The translations under genes and the position numbers were made by a program. From contig CAZQQT010000003.1 in the NCBI GenBank assembly GCA_964595645.1, positions 1-64,000 on the forward strand: a stretch of DNA of 64,000 nt, given 5' to 3'. The notes below the pieces were generated by a model. The model ran no database searches and had not been told where the DNA came from. It saw only the letters and a program-made list of their open reading frames with translations. The stretch is from an uncultured Thermococci archaeon. Lineage in GTDB: Archaea > Methanobacteriota_B > Thermococci > Methanofastidiosales > B48-G16. This document shows positions 28,217 through 36,414 of the stretch, in pieces; positions within the stretch are counted from its first letter, which is position 1; each line of letters starts with the position of its first letter.

Positions 28217-29374
28217 GTGTATTTCTTTTAGTATGGGGGGTATAGGAAGTTCTGCTTTCTCAAGACTTCGTTTGTATCCCCTCAGTGCCTGAAGACCTTG
28301 AGGTGTGAGGTACCATCGGATGGATGTAGGACGACGTGGTGCCCGCGAAGGACTGAAGATTGACTCGGCAATGGAATGGGCTGTTTTCGAAAGCGAGGAT
28401 CGTTCTTCGTTTGTTATCGTATCTCCCCACGGATGGTTGTAGTATCCTCTGTTTTTGAGGCCTCTGATTGTTACTTTTGGGAATGTTTCCTTGTATGTGA
28501 TTTCTCCCTTAATACGCTGGTACCAGTAGGAGGACTGCGTCGCATGTTGTCCATGCCAGACCTGTGCACATGTGAGGGGTAAATCTTCGACACCTGTATC
28601 AAAGTCCACCGCTCCCTTTTTCGCGAGTGCGGTAGCAACAATAAGCTCATTTTGTTTTATTTTATTGTCAATTGCGACGAGGATCGGACCTGCAGAGATA
28701 AGTACAGGCCCCGGACCGTCCCTCACCATTACTTTCACGGGGTATCCGTAGTAGGATGCAATGATCTGGGCAATCTCAGACGCACGAGAAAATATTTCCC
28801 GATGGAAAAGACATAACCCAAGGGCATGCAATTCTCGGTACGTTCCTGTGGAAAATCCTGAGAGTTCGGTGTACTCACTGAGGTATTGTATACCACCATT
28901 TTCACTGGCAAAATGAAGTGATACTTCCTGCAGCCGAAACTTCATCTTGATATACTCACGCACAATCTCCTCAAAGTCTGGAATACTCTCGAAGGAAGGA
29001 ACGTTTTTTCTCTCGGTGTATTCCCGGAGTTTTTTCATTTTGTGCTCTCGTATCTCCTTTGCAAGAGGATTAGCCTCTTTGTCTACCATTGCGTAGAGCC
29101 CTAAAAGCGTCTCTTTCATTGCAGCAACACGATCGTATACAATGTTCGTTGCACCACAGTAGTCGCAGGCAATGACTTCCTTCATATTTCCCCGGTATTC
29201 CATCGGTGCACCGCACTGCTGGCAGGTTACCAGATCGAAGATAAGCGAGGATTCCATCGTTTCAACAGTTTTCGTGGCGGCTTGCGGCGTTAATGCTGTT
29301 CCGCAGAAAGAGCAGTACTGTGAATCTGAGGGAGTTTTCGCACTGCAGTTGGGGCATACGAGTCGTTCTGCCAT
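28208..29374 (-). CDS. double zinc-ribbon protein with uncharacterised C-terminal domain (last gene of the rSAM/SPFH operon)
   Basis: Start taken at MAERLV (29374, SD gaggt 7 nt upstream). CPNCSAKTPSDSQYCSFCG and CQQCGAP ... CDYCG ribbons, then a ~300-aa domain with no recognised motif. Confidence 0.6.
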   Translation of the reverse strand: MAERLVCPNCSAKTPSDSQYCSFCGTALTPQAATKTVETMESSLIFDLVTCQQCGAPMEYRGNMKEVIACDYCGATNIVYDRVAAMKETLLGLYAMVDKEANPLAKEIREHKMKKLREYTERKNVPSFESIPDFEEIVREYIKMKFRLQEVSLHFASENGGIQYLSEYTELSGFSTGTYRELHALGLCLFHREIFSRASEIAQIIASYYGYPVKVMVRDGPGPVLISAGPILVAIDNKIKQNELIVATALAKKGAVDFDTGVEDLPLTCAQVWHGQHATQSSYWYQRIKGEITYKETFPKVTIRGLKNRGYYNHPWGDTITNEERSSLSKTAHSIAESIFSPSRAPRRPTSIRWYLTPQGLQALRGYKRSLEKAELPIPPILKEIHSL

Positions 29375-29403
29375 GTAATACCTCGATAATAAAAAAAGAA
29401 GCT

Positions 29404-30372
29404 CTAAAGTTTTTCTCCACACTCCGGACAGAATTTACTTCCCGTTGGAATCTCAGCGCCGCATTTTTTACATTTCAATTTTGTTTTCGGCATCGAAAGT
29501 TCATTCCCACAGTTGGGGCAGAACTTTGAGCTTCGTGGCACCTGATAGTTACATTTTGGGCAGATAACTGTTGCCACACCAGCACCTTGTGGCGCCAGAA
29601 GATTTGTCGCGCCCTGCATTGCATAGGGAACTGCCATGAACCCCGCACCTAATGCGGCACCACCTCCTTTCGTCTCCTTAATAGCATCTGCAAACTTTTC
29701 TGCTACTTCCTTCCCTACCAACTGTTCAGCAGTAACGCCGCGCTGTAAATAGAATAGCTTGTTTTTGTATTCGTCGGGGATTGTAACTCCTTCAATTTTT
29801 AAGTCCACCATATCGATACCGAATCTGTCAAAATCACCTCGTAGCCGCGCTTTGATAAATATTGATGTTTCTTCTGTTTGTTGGTAGACATTGTAAGATG
29901 TCTGCTCGGCGAGGTTGTCGATGAACTTCTCGATAATAAACGCTTCTACAAAGTTCCTCACATCTTCCTTGGTGAATTTCCCAAGATTTCCGACGATCTC
30001 GACAATAAACAGTTTCGGATCCTCAATCTGCACAAAACATCTCCCAAAGGCACCACAAGGCACCATGTCCCTTAGCATGACCTTCTGTTTCGTGCCGAAT
30101 TTGAACTCCACCTTCGAAGTGTTCACAAAGACTACTTCTGCGGTGAAGGGAGTTCTCCCCTGGAAGAGTATTTTATATGCGTTGAAAATCAGAGGGATGT
30201 TCATCGTTGTCAGTGTGTGTCTTCCTGGACCCAGTACATCGTACGCCTTCCCGTCTCGGAAGAAAACCGCCTGTTGATTCTCTCGTACTACCAGCTGGTC
30301 TCCCATAGTAACCTCCCCTCTGTATGCGTAGGCGAGGTCATTTTCCGTTCCTCTCCAATCGATAACTCTCAT
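29404..30372 (-). CDS. SPFH/Band-7 (Band_7_1 type) protein with C-terminal double zinc ribbon
   Basis: 322 aa. MRVIDWRGTEND ... LVVRENQQAVFFRDGKAYDVLGPGRH ... VVFVN ... fits the Band_7_1 SPFH pattern (B. subtilis YdjI-like). C-terminal CPKCNYQVPRSSKFCPNCG and CKKCGAEIPTGSKFCPECG. Confidence 0.65.
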   Translation of the reverse strand: MRVIDWRGTENDLAYAYRGEVTMGDQLVVRENQQAVFFRDGKAYDVLGPGRHTLTTMNIPLIFNAYKILFQGRTPFTAEVVFVNTSKVEFKFGTKQKVMLRDMVPCGAFGRCFVQIEDPKLFIVEIVGNLGKFTKEDVRNFVEAFIIEKFIDNLAEQTSYNVYQQTEETSIFIKARLRGDFDRFGIDMVDLKIEGVTIPDEYKNKLFYLQRGVTAEQLVGKEVAEKFADAIKETKGGGAALGAGFMAVPYAMQGATNLLAPQGAGVATVICPKCNYQVPRSSKFCPNCGNELSMPKTKLKCKKCGAEIPTGSKFCPECGEKL

Positions 30373-30836
30373 TCATTCACCTTTTCATCGCCCTCACTCA
30401 CATCCGTCATTATATCTTCTCTTTTTTCAAACTCGTCCTCTATAACTCTGAGATGTTTCAGGATGTTTTTTGGGTCTTCTCTCTCTTTTATTTCTTCAAT
30501 CCTTTTTAATATTTTCTCATCGTACTTGTAGAGTCTCTCAAGCTCTTCTTCATCAATATGTATTGGATCAAAAAATCCTGCATAGCCGTAATCTGCGTGT
30601 TCTATCTTATCGATCATCTTCTGGATCTGCTGGATGATTTCCTCGCAGTGTTTCAACTCATCCATTTCTTTGACTCCCTCTTCCATGTACTCAAAATCCT
30701 TTTTAATATACTTTAATTCGTCACATATTTTCTCTCGCAGATGTTTATCACTTTCTCTTCTCAGCTCTTTTTTCTTGTAGCCCTTAAACCCCGGTATTAA
30801 CAACTCTATTTTTTCCAATATTCTACGTTTTTCCAT
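30369..30836 (-). CDS. coiled-coil protein (possible PspA/ESCRT-III-like helper; unverified)
   Basis: 155 aa, highly charged, heptad-rich. Its last 4 nt overlap the SPFH gene start. Confidence 0.5.
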   Translation of the reverse strand: MEKRRILEKIELLIPGFKGYKKKELRRESDKHLREKICDELKYIKKDFEYMEEGVKEMDELKHCEEIIQQIQKMIDKIEHADYGYAGFFDPIHIDEEELERLYKYDEKILKRIEEIKEREDPKNILKHLRVIEDEFEKREDIMTDVSEGDEKVNE

Positions 30837-30844
30837 AAAAACAC

Positions 30845-32098
30845 CTACCTACAGTATGTATCAAGAGGACACCCGGCAGTACATTCTTTGTCTTTGTACA
30901 TCTCACACTCCTTGCAGTCCTCCGGCATGTACTCTCTCTGCCGTATGTATTTGGCCAATTTTGAGTTCCATATTACCTCCCACGGATCGGTCAGCATGTT
31001 TCCCATAGGCTCGAACCAGCTCTGACAGGGGATTACATCTCCATTTGGCTCTACGGTAACGTTGATCCGTGCAGCAGAACAGACCTTCAATCCGAGTCCG
31101 TACTCCACAGGATCGATCTTACATCGCTCTGTGGGCGTGTACCAGATCAGTTCCAGCCCGAGCTCATCACAGGTCGTCACGACTCTTTCGAGTGTCTCTT
31201 TCAGTTGCTCTACAGAAAGAGCATGTTCTCTCTTTGCTTTTCCAGAGTAAATAATGGAGTTAAATGCAACTCTCTCCAGACCTAAATCGCTCAAAAAATG
31301 GATAAAATCTTCTACATCCTTATAGTTATACTCCATCAATGTCGTGTTCGTGAGAGTGAATACAGAGGAGTCTATAGCTTTTTTGATTCCCTCCACGGTT
31401 TCTTTCCACGCATTCGCTCCGACGATTTTATTGTGGACATCTTCAAATCCCTCGATGGTAATCTGCACGTGATCGAGTTCCGCCTGTTCCAGTGCATCCA
31501 TTTGTTGTGAGAGGAGTCTTCCATTGGTGATGAGGCCGGTGACCAGTTCATTACTGTATGCTACCAAATCCACAAGATCATCCCGCAGTAACGGTTCTCC
31601 ACCGGTGAAGACGATGGCGTTACTCAGTTCAGAAATTTTTTCAATGATTACCTTCCATTTCTTTGTGCTGAGCTCCTCTTTCTCCCGTGGAGACGCTGCG
31701 TAACAGTGGATACATTTATTATTGCATCGGTACGTGAGTGCAAGATCGAACCTGTGCGGCGCCGAGAGATCATACTCCTTTGAAAAGGGAGAGATACGTT
31801 CTATATCAAGCGAAGAGAAGGGACAGAGATCTGTGGATGATGCCAGCCCAATGATATTGAAGTATACCTTCTCGTAGTCCTTTTCCACCTTTTCTTTCTC
31901 CACTGTGTATTCTTTTGTCATGATGTCCACTATCTCTTCTCTCGTGTTCTCGTCCATGATATGTTTTACATATTCTGCAGCTGTGTTGTTGAGATAGAGG
32001 ATATGAGCGCCGTTTATATTCAACACAGAGAAATCTTTTTCCTCTCGTAAGCTCAGCCGTATTTTTCCTTCTTCAAATTTTAGTGTCTTTCTACGCAT
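30845..32098 (-). CDS. radical SAM / SPASM-domain enzyme with N-terminal PqqD-like (RRE) domain
   Basis: Start MRRKTLKF at 32098 (ATGA overlap with upstream stop; SD GGAGGAGGTGG 7 nt upstream). Residues ~15-90 (SVLNINGAHILYLNNTAAEYVKHIMDENTREEIVDIMTKEYTVEKEKVEKDYEKVYFNI) resemble a PqqD/RRE winged helix. CNNKCIHC is a CX3CX2C radical SAM motif. C-terminal SPASM cysteines are C-x13-GDVIPC and CKECEMYKDKECTAGCP. Confidence 0.8.
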   Translation of the reverse strand: MRRKTLKFEEGKIRLSLREEKDFSVLNINGAHILYLNNTAAEYVKHIMDENTREEIVDIMTKEYTVEKEKVEKDYEKVYFNIIGLASSTDLCPFSSLDIERISPFSKEYDLSAPHRFDLALTYRCNNKCIHCYAASPREKEELSTKKWKVIIEKISELSNAIVFTGGEPLLRDDLVDLVAYSNELVTGLITNGRLLSQQMDALEQAELDHVQITIEGFEDVHNKIVGANAWKETVEGIKKAIDSSVFTLTNTTLMEYNYKDVEDFIHFLSDLGLERVAFNSIIYSGKAKREHALSVEQLKETLERVVTTCDELGLELIWYTPTERCKIDPVEYGLGLKVCSAARINVTVEPNGDVIPCQSWFEPMGNMLTDPWEVIWNSKLAKYIRQREYMPEDCKECEMYKDKECTAGCPLDTYCR

Positions 32099-33684
32099 CA
32101 GAATCCACCTCCTCCTGCACAGGCACACGCGCAGGATACACAGGCACACGCGCAGGCACAGGATGCACATGCACAGACACAGGCTTTCTCGGAGTGTCCC
32201 ACTTCCTTTCCCGCGATGATTCCTGCGAATGTCTTCTCACTGAGGCCCGGGTTTTTCTCAACACTTTGTTTCCCTTTGTTGAACTCCTCTGCAAACTTCT
32301 CTCCAGAGTACTCCCCCTTCGGAAGATGGTACCAGAGCCACCACGACGTGGGCGTGAAAGCGGTATCAACATCTTTAAATGTTGTTCTTGCCCGGCCGTC
32401 AAACTTCTCATCGATCATCAGCCATCCAGCCTTCTTGCCGAAGAGTCTATATTTCTCCTCAGGAGATATAGTTTTGAGTTCTCCCCAGTACGCTTCAATC
32501 TCGTCTGTATAGTATTTTTCTGTATCTTTTCTACAGTATCCCTTCATTTTTCTATTCACTGCATTATTCAGGCCCTTCAGGACCAGTTTCATACCTTTTT
32601 CATCGAATGTCCCATCCTTCTTCATCCCTTTGAGGAGGAACTGATTTTCGTAGTAGAAGGTTTTTCCTTCGAAGGTAACCTCACAACCGCAGTACTCACA
32701 GAACTCTCTTTCAGATTCTCCTGTCATAGGTGCACCGCAGTTTGGACAGTGATATGCTTTCTCTTCCTCTCGTGACGGGAGTATCTCAACTTTTACAGGG
32801 CTCCATTCCTGTATTCTTATTTTTCCTTTTTTCACCAATCCGTAGAGAAGAATGTTAATTATTTTAAAGGGATGCGCACCCAAAAGTACAGCAGCTTCAA
32901 TATTATCAAGATCCTTCCTTACACCAAGTGATTCCATATGCATTTTTGGGTCTATATACTCTTTCGCCTTTTTTGCTGCTTTGTAGATACCATAACCTAT
33001 GAATATAACAACTACTAGAATAATTGCTACACCTATGAGTATTGAAGACGTATCCGGACCGGGTTTTTCCTCCGTCACATTTGTTACGTACCCTTCCGGG
33101 AATGAGATTCCGCATCTAAATTTTTCTCCTTCTCCAAGTGTTCTTTCCCAGTAGGCAAATGCCCAGCCGTTCTCTTCATCGAAGGTGTCTGCAGGTGCCG
33201 GCTCACATCCAAGCTCGTTCAGCGTTACACCCTCGGGTGCAATTAGTTTTACCCGCAGTACTTTTACCTCTTGATAGTCCCACCAGGCAGGATAAAATTC
33301 TACCCCCACCCTCCCTTCCTCATCTTTGTATACCATTTTTGGAACAATAAGATGGATTTTCATTCGTGTGACATCGCCCGTCTCGGCAACACGGGGGAAG
33401 TAGATCTTCAATCTCGTCCCTTGTTTCTCCACATCCAGCATTCTTCCATCGGATGTGACTGTGTAATCAATAATTTCTTCCTTTGGAATTCCAAAATAGA
33501 TCCCTTGCTGAGGTCCTTCTGTCGTTTTTATCGTTAGAAAGTACCATATGTCTAGAGAAGAGTCTTTTTGTACTGTAACTTCTACATTTTCCTCTTCTAT
33601 AAGAAATTCTGGTCCATCAGCAGAAAATGCACCAAGAAACAAAAAAAATGTCAGGATAAGAACAAGTCCATAGCATTGTTTCAT
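32098..33684 (-). CDS. type I membrane protein with cytoplasmic zinc ribbon and C-terminal (Cys-Ala)n-GGGGF tail
   Basis: 528 aa from MKQCYGLVLILTFFLFLGAFSA (ATG 33684, SD aggag upstream). ~230-aa ectodomain, TM ILIGVAIILVVVIFIGYGIY, cytoplasmic region with CPNCGAPMTGESEREFCEYCGC. Tail is KACVCACASCACACACVSCACACAGGGGF, followed by a TGA that overlaps the rSAM ATG. Confidence 0.7.
   Translation of the reverse strand: MKQCYGLVLILTFFLFLGAFSADGPEFLIEEENVEVTVQKDSSLDIWYFLTIKTTEGPQQGIYFGIPKEEIIDYTVTSDGRMLDVEKQGTRLKIYFPRVAETGDVTRMKIHLIVPKMVYKDEEGRVGVEFYPAWWDYQEVKVLRVKLIAPEGVTLNELGCEPAPADTFDEENGWAFAYWERTLGEGEKFRCGISFPEGYVTNVTEEKPGPDTSSILIGVAIILVVVIFIGYGIYKAAKKAKEYIDPKMHMESLGVRKDLDNIEAAVLLGAHPFKIINILLYGLVKKGKIRIQEWSPVKVEILPSREEEKAYHCPNCGAPMTGESEREFCEYCGCEVTFEGKTFYYENQFLLKGMKKDGTFDEKGMKLVLKGLNNAVNRKMKGYCRKDTEKYYTDEIEAYWGELKTISPEEKYRLFGKKAGWLMIDEKFDGRARTTFKDVDTAFTPTSWWLWYHLPKGEYSGEKFAEEFNKGKQSVEKNPGLSEKTFAGIIAGKEVGHSEKACVCACASCACACACVSCACACAGGGGF
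32104..32115 (-). promoter_or_regulatory. Shine-Dalgarno site of the rSAM gene, embedded in the Gly codons of the upstream gene
   Basis: Minus strand reads gcaGGAGGAGGTGGAttctgATG. The GGGGF-stop codons of the upstream gene double as the SD. Confidence 0.6.
32116..32185. repeat. imperfect tandem repeat (~21-nt unit, TGT-GCN alternation) encoding the Cys-Ala tail
   Basis: Plus strand: cacaggcacacgcgcagg-ataca-caggcacacgcgcagg-cacaggatgcacatgcacagacacagg. It causes the shadow ORFs 32083..32775 (+) and the MCILCLRVCLC extension of the rSAM ORF. Confidence 0.7.
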
Positions 33685-33747
33685 GCAATCTCCTCTTTCT
33701 ATTCTCTTCATGGAGAACTTTTTAAACTTTGCCATTGTAGCGTATAT

Positions 33748-34161
33748 ATGGATGATCGTTTTTTTGTGTATATCGGGCATGAACTCGCGCATGTAAATGA
33801 TCATCTCCCGGAAAAAAAGATTTCCTTAAAAGAACTGGCAGCCCAGAAGGTGCCCCAGGTAAAAACAAAGGCCGGAGAGCACTATTTTGATCGTAAAGAC
33901 ATAAATTTCCTAAAGACCTTTGTTCCAAAGGAATTTTGGAGAAAGATATCGCTCCCATTGATAATTTTTAGAAAAAGGGAAGCGTACGCCTTTGAAGGAA
34001 ACACGTATGAATGTTTTCTCATTAAGAAATTATTGGAAGGGGAAGAGTACACCAGCGAGGCTGTGATAGAGACTGAAAGGACGTTGACGCTCTATACACC
34101 CCAGGTGACAGAATTAAAGAGAAAGTATAAAAGTCTCTTTGTGATAGGATTTAGTGTGTGA
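33748..34161 (+). CDS. hypothetical protein
   Basis: 137 aa from internal ATG 33748 (MDDRFFVYIGHELAHVNDH...). No motif recognised. Divergent from the Cys-tail gene. Confidence 0.3.
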   Translation: MDDRFFVYIGHELAHVNDHLPEKKISLKELAAQKVPQVKTKAGEHYFDRKDINFLKTFVPKEFWRKISLPLIIFRKREAYAFEGNTYECFLIKKLLEGEEYTSEAVIETERTLTLYTPQVTELKRKYKSLFVIGFSV

Positions 34162-34254
34162 TGAATGAATCCAATGCTGACGTATGGATGATGAGACTTA
34201 TGAGCGCTGATCCTTCTTTTTCTTTTTTTAATAAAACCAAGGTTTTTATACACA

Positions 34255-35154
34255 GTGGGACAATACAACTCAATGGAATCCGATACTCTCGCTCCCGAAA
34301 TCAAAAGGAAGCTTCTTACCGCCCAGAAAAATGAGATCACAGAGTATCATATCTATAAAAAGCTGTCAAAATCTACGAAAGATCCCCACAATAGAGACGT
34401 GCTCTCCCGTATTGGTGACGAGGAACTGGAACATTATCATTTCTGGAAAGAGTATACTCACGAGGAAATCACACCCAACCGATTAAAAACATGGCTATAC
34501 TACCTCATTGCACGGATATTTGGAATAACATTCAGCGTAAAGTTAATGGAAAAAGGAGAAGAGGATGCACAAATCACGTACGAAAAGATCGCGGAGACGA
34601 TTCCTGAGGCCAGTAAAATCGTTGAAGATGAGGATGAACACGAGGAGGAACTTATTGCACTAATCGATGAAGAACGTCTCAGATACGTTGGTTCTATCGT
34701 ACTTGGATTGAACGATGCCTTAGTTGAACTAACCGGTGCCCTCGCAGGATTCACCCTTGCACTTCAGAACACCGAGCTTATTGCAATCACAGGACTCATT
34801 ACTGGCATCGCTGCGTCACTTTCTATGGGGACTTCGGAGTATCTTTCTACAAAATCGGAGGAAAGCGAACAGAGTCCCGTAAAGGCGTCTATTTACACAG
34901 GTAGTGCATATATCCTTACAGTCTTTTTCTTGATTTTTCCCTTTCTACTTTTTGCAAATCTCTATCTCTGTCTTGGCGTGACAATTTTTAATGCAATTGT
35001 GGTGATTTTTATATTCACATTCTACATCTCCGTCGCCAAAGACGCTCCTTTTAAAAAACGATTTTCCGAGATGGCGTCGATGAGTCTCGGTATTGCGGCT
35101 ATCACGTTTGTGATAGGCTTTGCTATACGGCAGTTTTTGGGCGTAAGTGTGTGA
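34255..35154 (+). CDS. VIT1/CCC1-family Fe/Mn transporter with N-terminal ferritin-like (rubrerythrin-type) domain
   Basis: 299 aa. N-terminal diiron-like helices (EITEYHIYKKLSK ... EELEHYHFWKEY), C-terminal VIT1 membrane core (LGLNDALVELTGALAGFTLA ... SLSMGTSEYLS). Confidence 0.8.
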   Translation: MGQYNSMESDTLAPEIKRKLLTAQKNEITEYHIYKKLSKSTKDPHNRDVLSRIGDEELEHYHFWKEYTHEEITPNRLKTWLYYLIARIFGITFSVKLMEKGEEDAQITYEKIAETIPEASKIVEDEDEHEEELIALIDEERLRYVGSIVLGLNDALVELTGALAGFTLALQNTELIAITGLITGIAASLSMGTSEYLSTKSEESEQSPVKASIYTGSAYILTVFFLIFPFLLFANLYLCLGVTIFNAIVVIFIFTFYISVAKDAPFKKRFSEMASMSLGIAAITFVIGFAIRQFLGVSV

Positions 35155-35191
35155 CCGAAACTTATTTTTATCGTGCCTTGTGTGATAAAGT

Positions 35192-36391
35192 ATGAAGGAG
35201 TATCTCCACGATCCCTACACGACACAATTTGAGGCTAACGTAGTGAGCATTGACGAGAATGCGGTGATACTGGATAGAACGTACTTTCATCCCGAAGGAG
35301 GAGGACAACCCGCAGACAGAGGATATATTGGCGGCGCTGAGGTACAGGATGTCCAGGAAAAGGAGGATACTGTTGTTCATTATCTCTCGGAGATTCCCTT
35401 TTCTGAAGGGCAGAAGGTGTTTTGTGACATCGATGAGGAGTTCCGACGATACTGTATGCGGTCCCACACTGGTGCACACATTGTTTTTGGTGCGGCCCGG
35501 ACACTTTTTGACGATGTTTCGTATGCTGGATTTGGGATAGGCGAGACGTCCACGAGGATAGATTTCGGTACGGAAACCACGGTTGACGACGATCTTCTTC
35601 TCCAGCTTGAATACCTCTCAAACAAGATCGTGCTGGAAGGAAAAGAGATCTTGCACTACTTCTCGGATGAAGTAGACGATGAACGGCTAAAAAAACTTGT
35701 GTACGCGAAGGAGATGCCTTCTGGGAGAATGAGGGTGGTAGAAATTGAAGATTGGGATGTCGCCGCGTGCAGCGGTACGCATTTCACAAATACTCGCGAA
35801 ATCGGACTTATCACGGTACTTGGAAAATCGAAGTTGCAGGAGGGTGTTACACGGATAGAGTTTACCGTGGGAGACCATGCGCTCGATAGATATATGGATG
35901 AAAAAAAGGAGCTTCATGAGGCTGCGTCTCTGCTGCATACGTCGACGAACGAGGTCTCTCAAAAGATTGCCAAACTCTTTGAGGAGTTGGATGCCAAAAA
36001 GAAAGAAAATAAGGAGCTGAAAGAGCGTCTTGTCGGTCAGGAAATCGAAAAACTGCAGCGTTCTCCCATAAATATAGGAGATTATCAGCTGCATATGGGA
36101 AAAATTTCGAGTAATGATCCAAATAACCTCGGTATTCTCTCAAAAAAAATGGTAGAAACGAAAGAAAAGTCGGTTGCTGTGTTACTATCAGAGATCCATG
36201 GAAAGATGACACTTGCAGCAAGTTGCACACCAGACATTCCGATTAATCTCAGCGATGCCTTGCAAGATGTTGTGAGAAAGCTCGGAGGGGGTGGAGGAGG
36301 CGGTCCCCGCTTTTTCCAGGCGGGTGGGATTACTGCACCATGTGAGAAGTTGCAAATGAGTGTGAAGAAGGAATTTTCGAAAAAATTATAA
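35192..36391 (+). CDS. alaX: AlaX-L-type alanyl-tRNA editing protein
   Basis: 399 aa. AlaRS second-additional/editing domain motifs HTGAHIV and CSGTHF, plus a C-terminal DHHA1-like domain with GGGGGGGP. Confidence 0.85.
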   Translation: MKEYLHDPYTTQFEANVVSIDENAVILDRTYFHPEGGGQPADRGYIGGAEVQDVQEKEDTVVHYLSEIPFSEGQKVFCDIDEEFRRYCMRSHTGAHIVFGAARTLFDDVSYAGFGIGETSTRIDFGTETTVDDDLLLQLEYLSNKIVLEGKEILHYFSDEVDDERLKKLVYAKEMPSGRMRVVEIEDWDVAACSGTHFTNTREIGLITVLGKSKLQEGVTRIEFTVGDHALDRYMDEKKELHEAASLLHTSTNEVSQKIAKLFEELDAKKKENKELKERLVGQEIEKLQRSPINIGDYQLHMGKISSNDPNNLGILSKKMVETKEKSVAVLLSEIHGKMTLAASCTPDIPINLSDALQDVVRKLGGGGGGGPRFFQAGGITAPCEKLQMSVKKEFSKKL

Positions 36392-36414
36392 GGAACGAAA
36401 ATGGAGGAAATACT

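Noticed and set aside
32083-32775. 230-aa plus-strand ORF, plus the MCILCLRVCLCILRVCLCRRR N-terminal extension of the rSAM ORF
   Set aside because: Both are shadow readings of the TGT-GCN tandem repeat at the end of the membrane-protein gene. The rSAM gene has a proper SD and ATG at 32098, so the longer start was not used.
32098-33684. 528-aa membrane protein as a DUF2207-family member (those proteins also end in Gly-rich tails)
   Set aside because: Topology here is signal peptide + one TM + zinc ribbon. I cannot match DUF2207 core motifs from memory, so it is left as an uncharacterised membrane protein.
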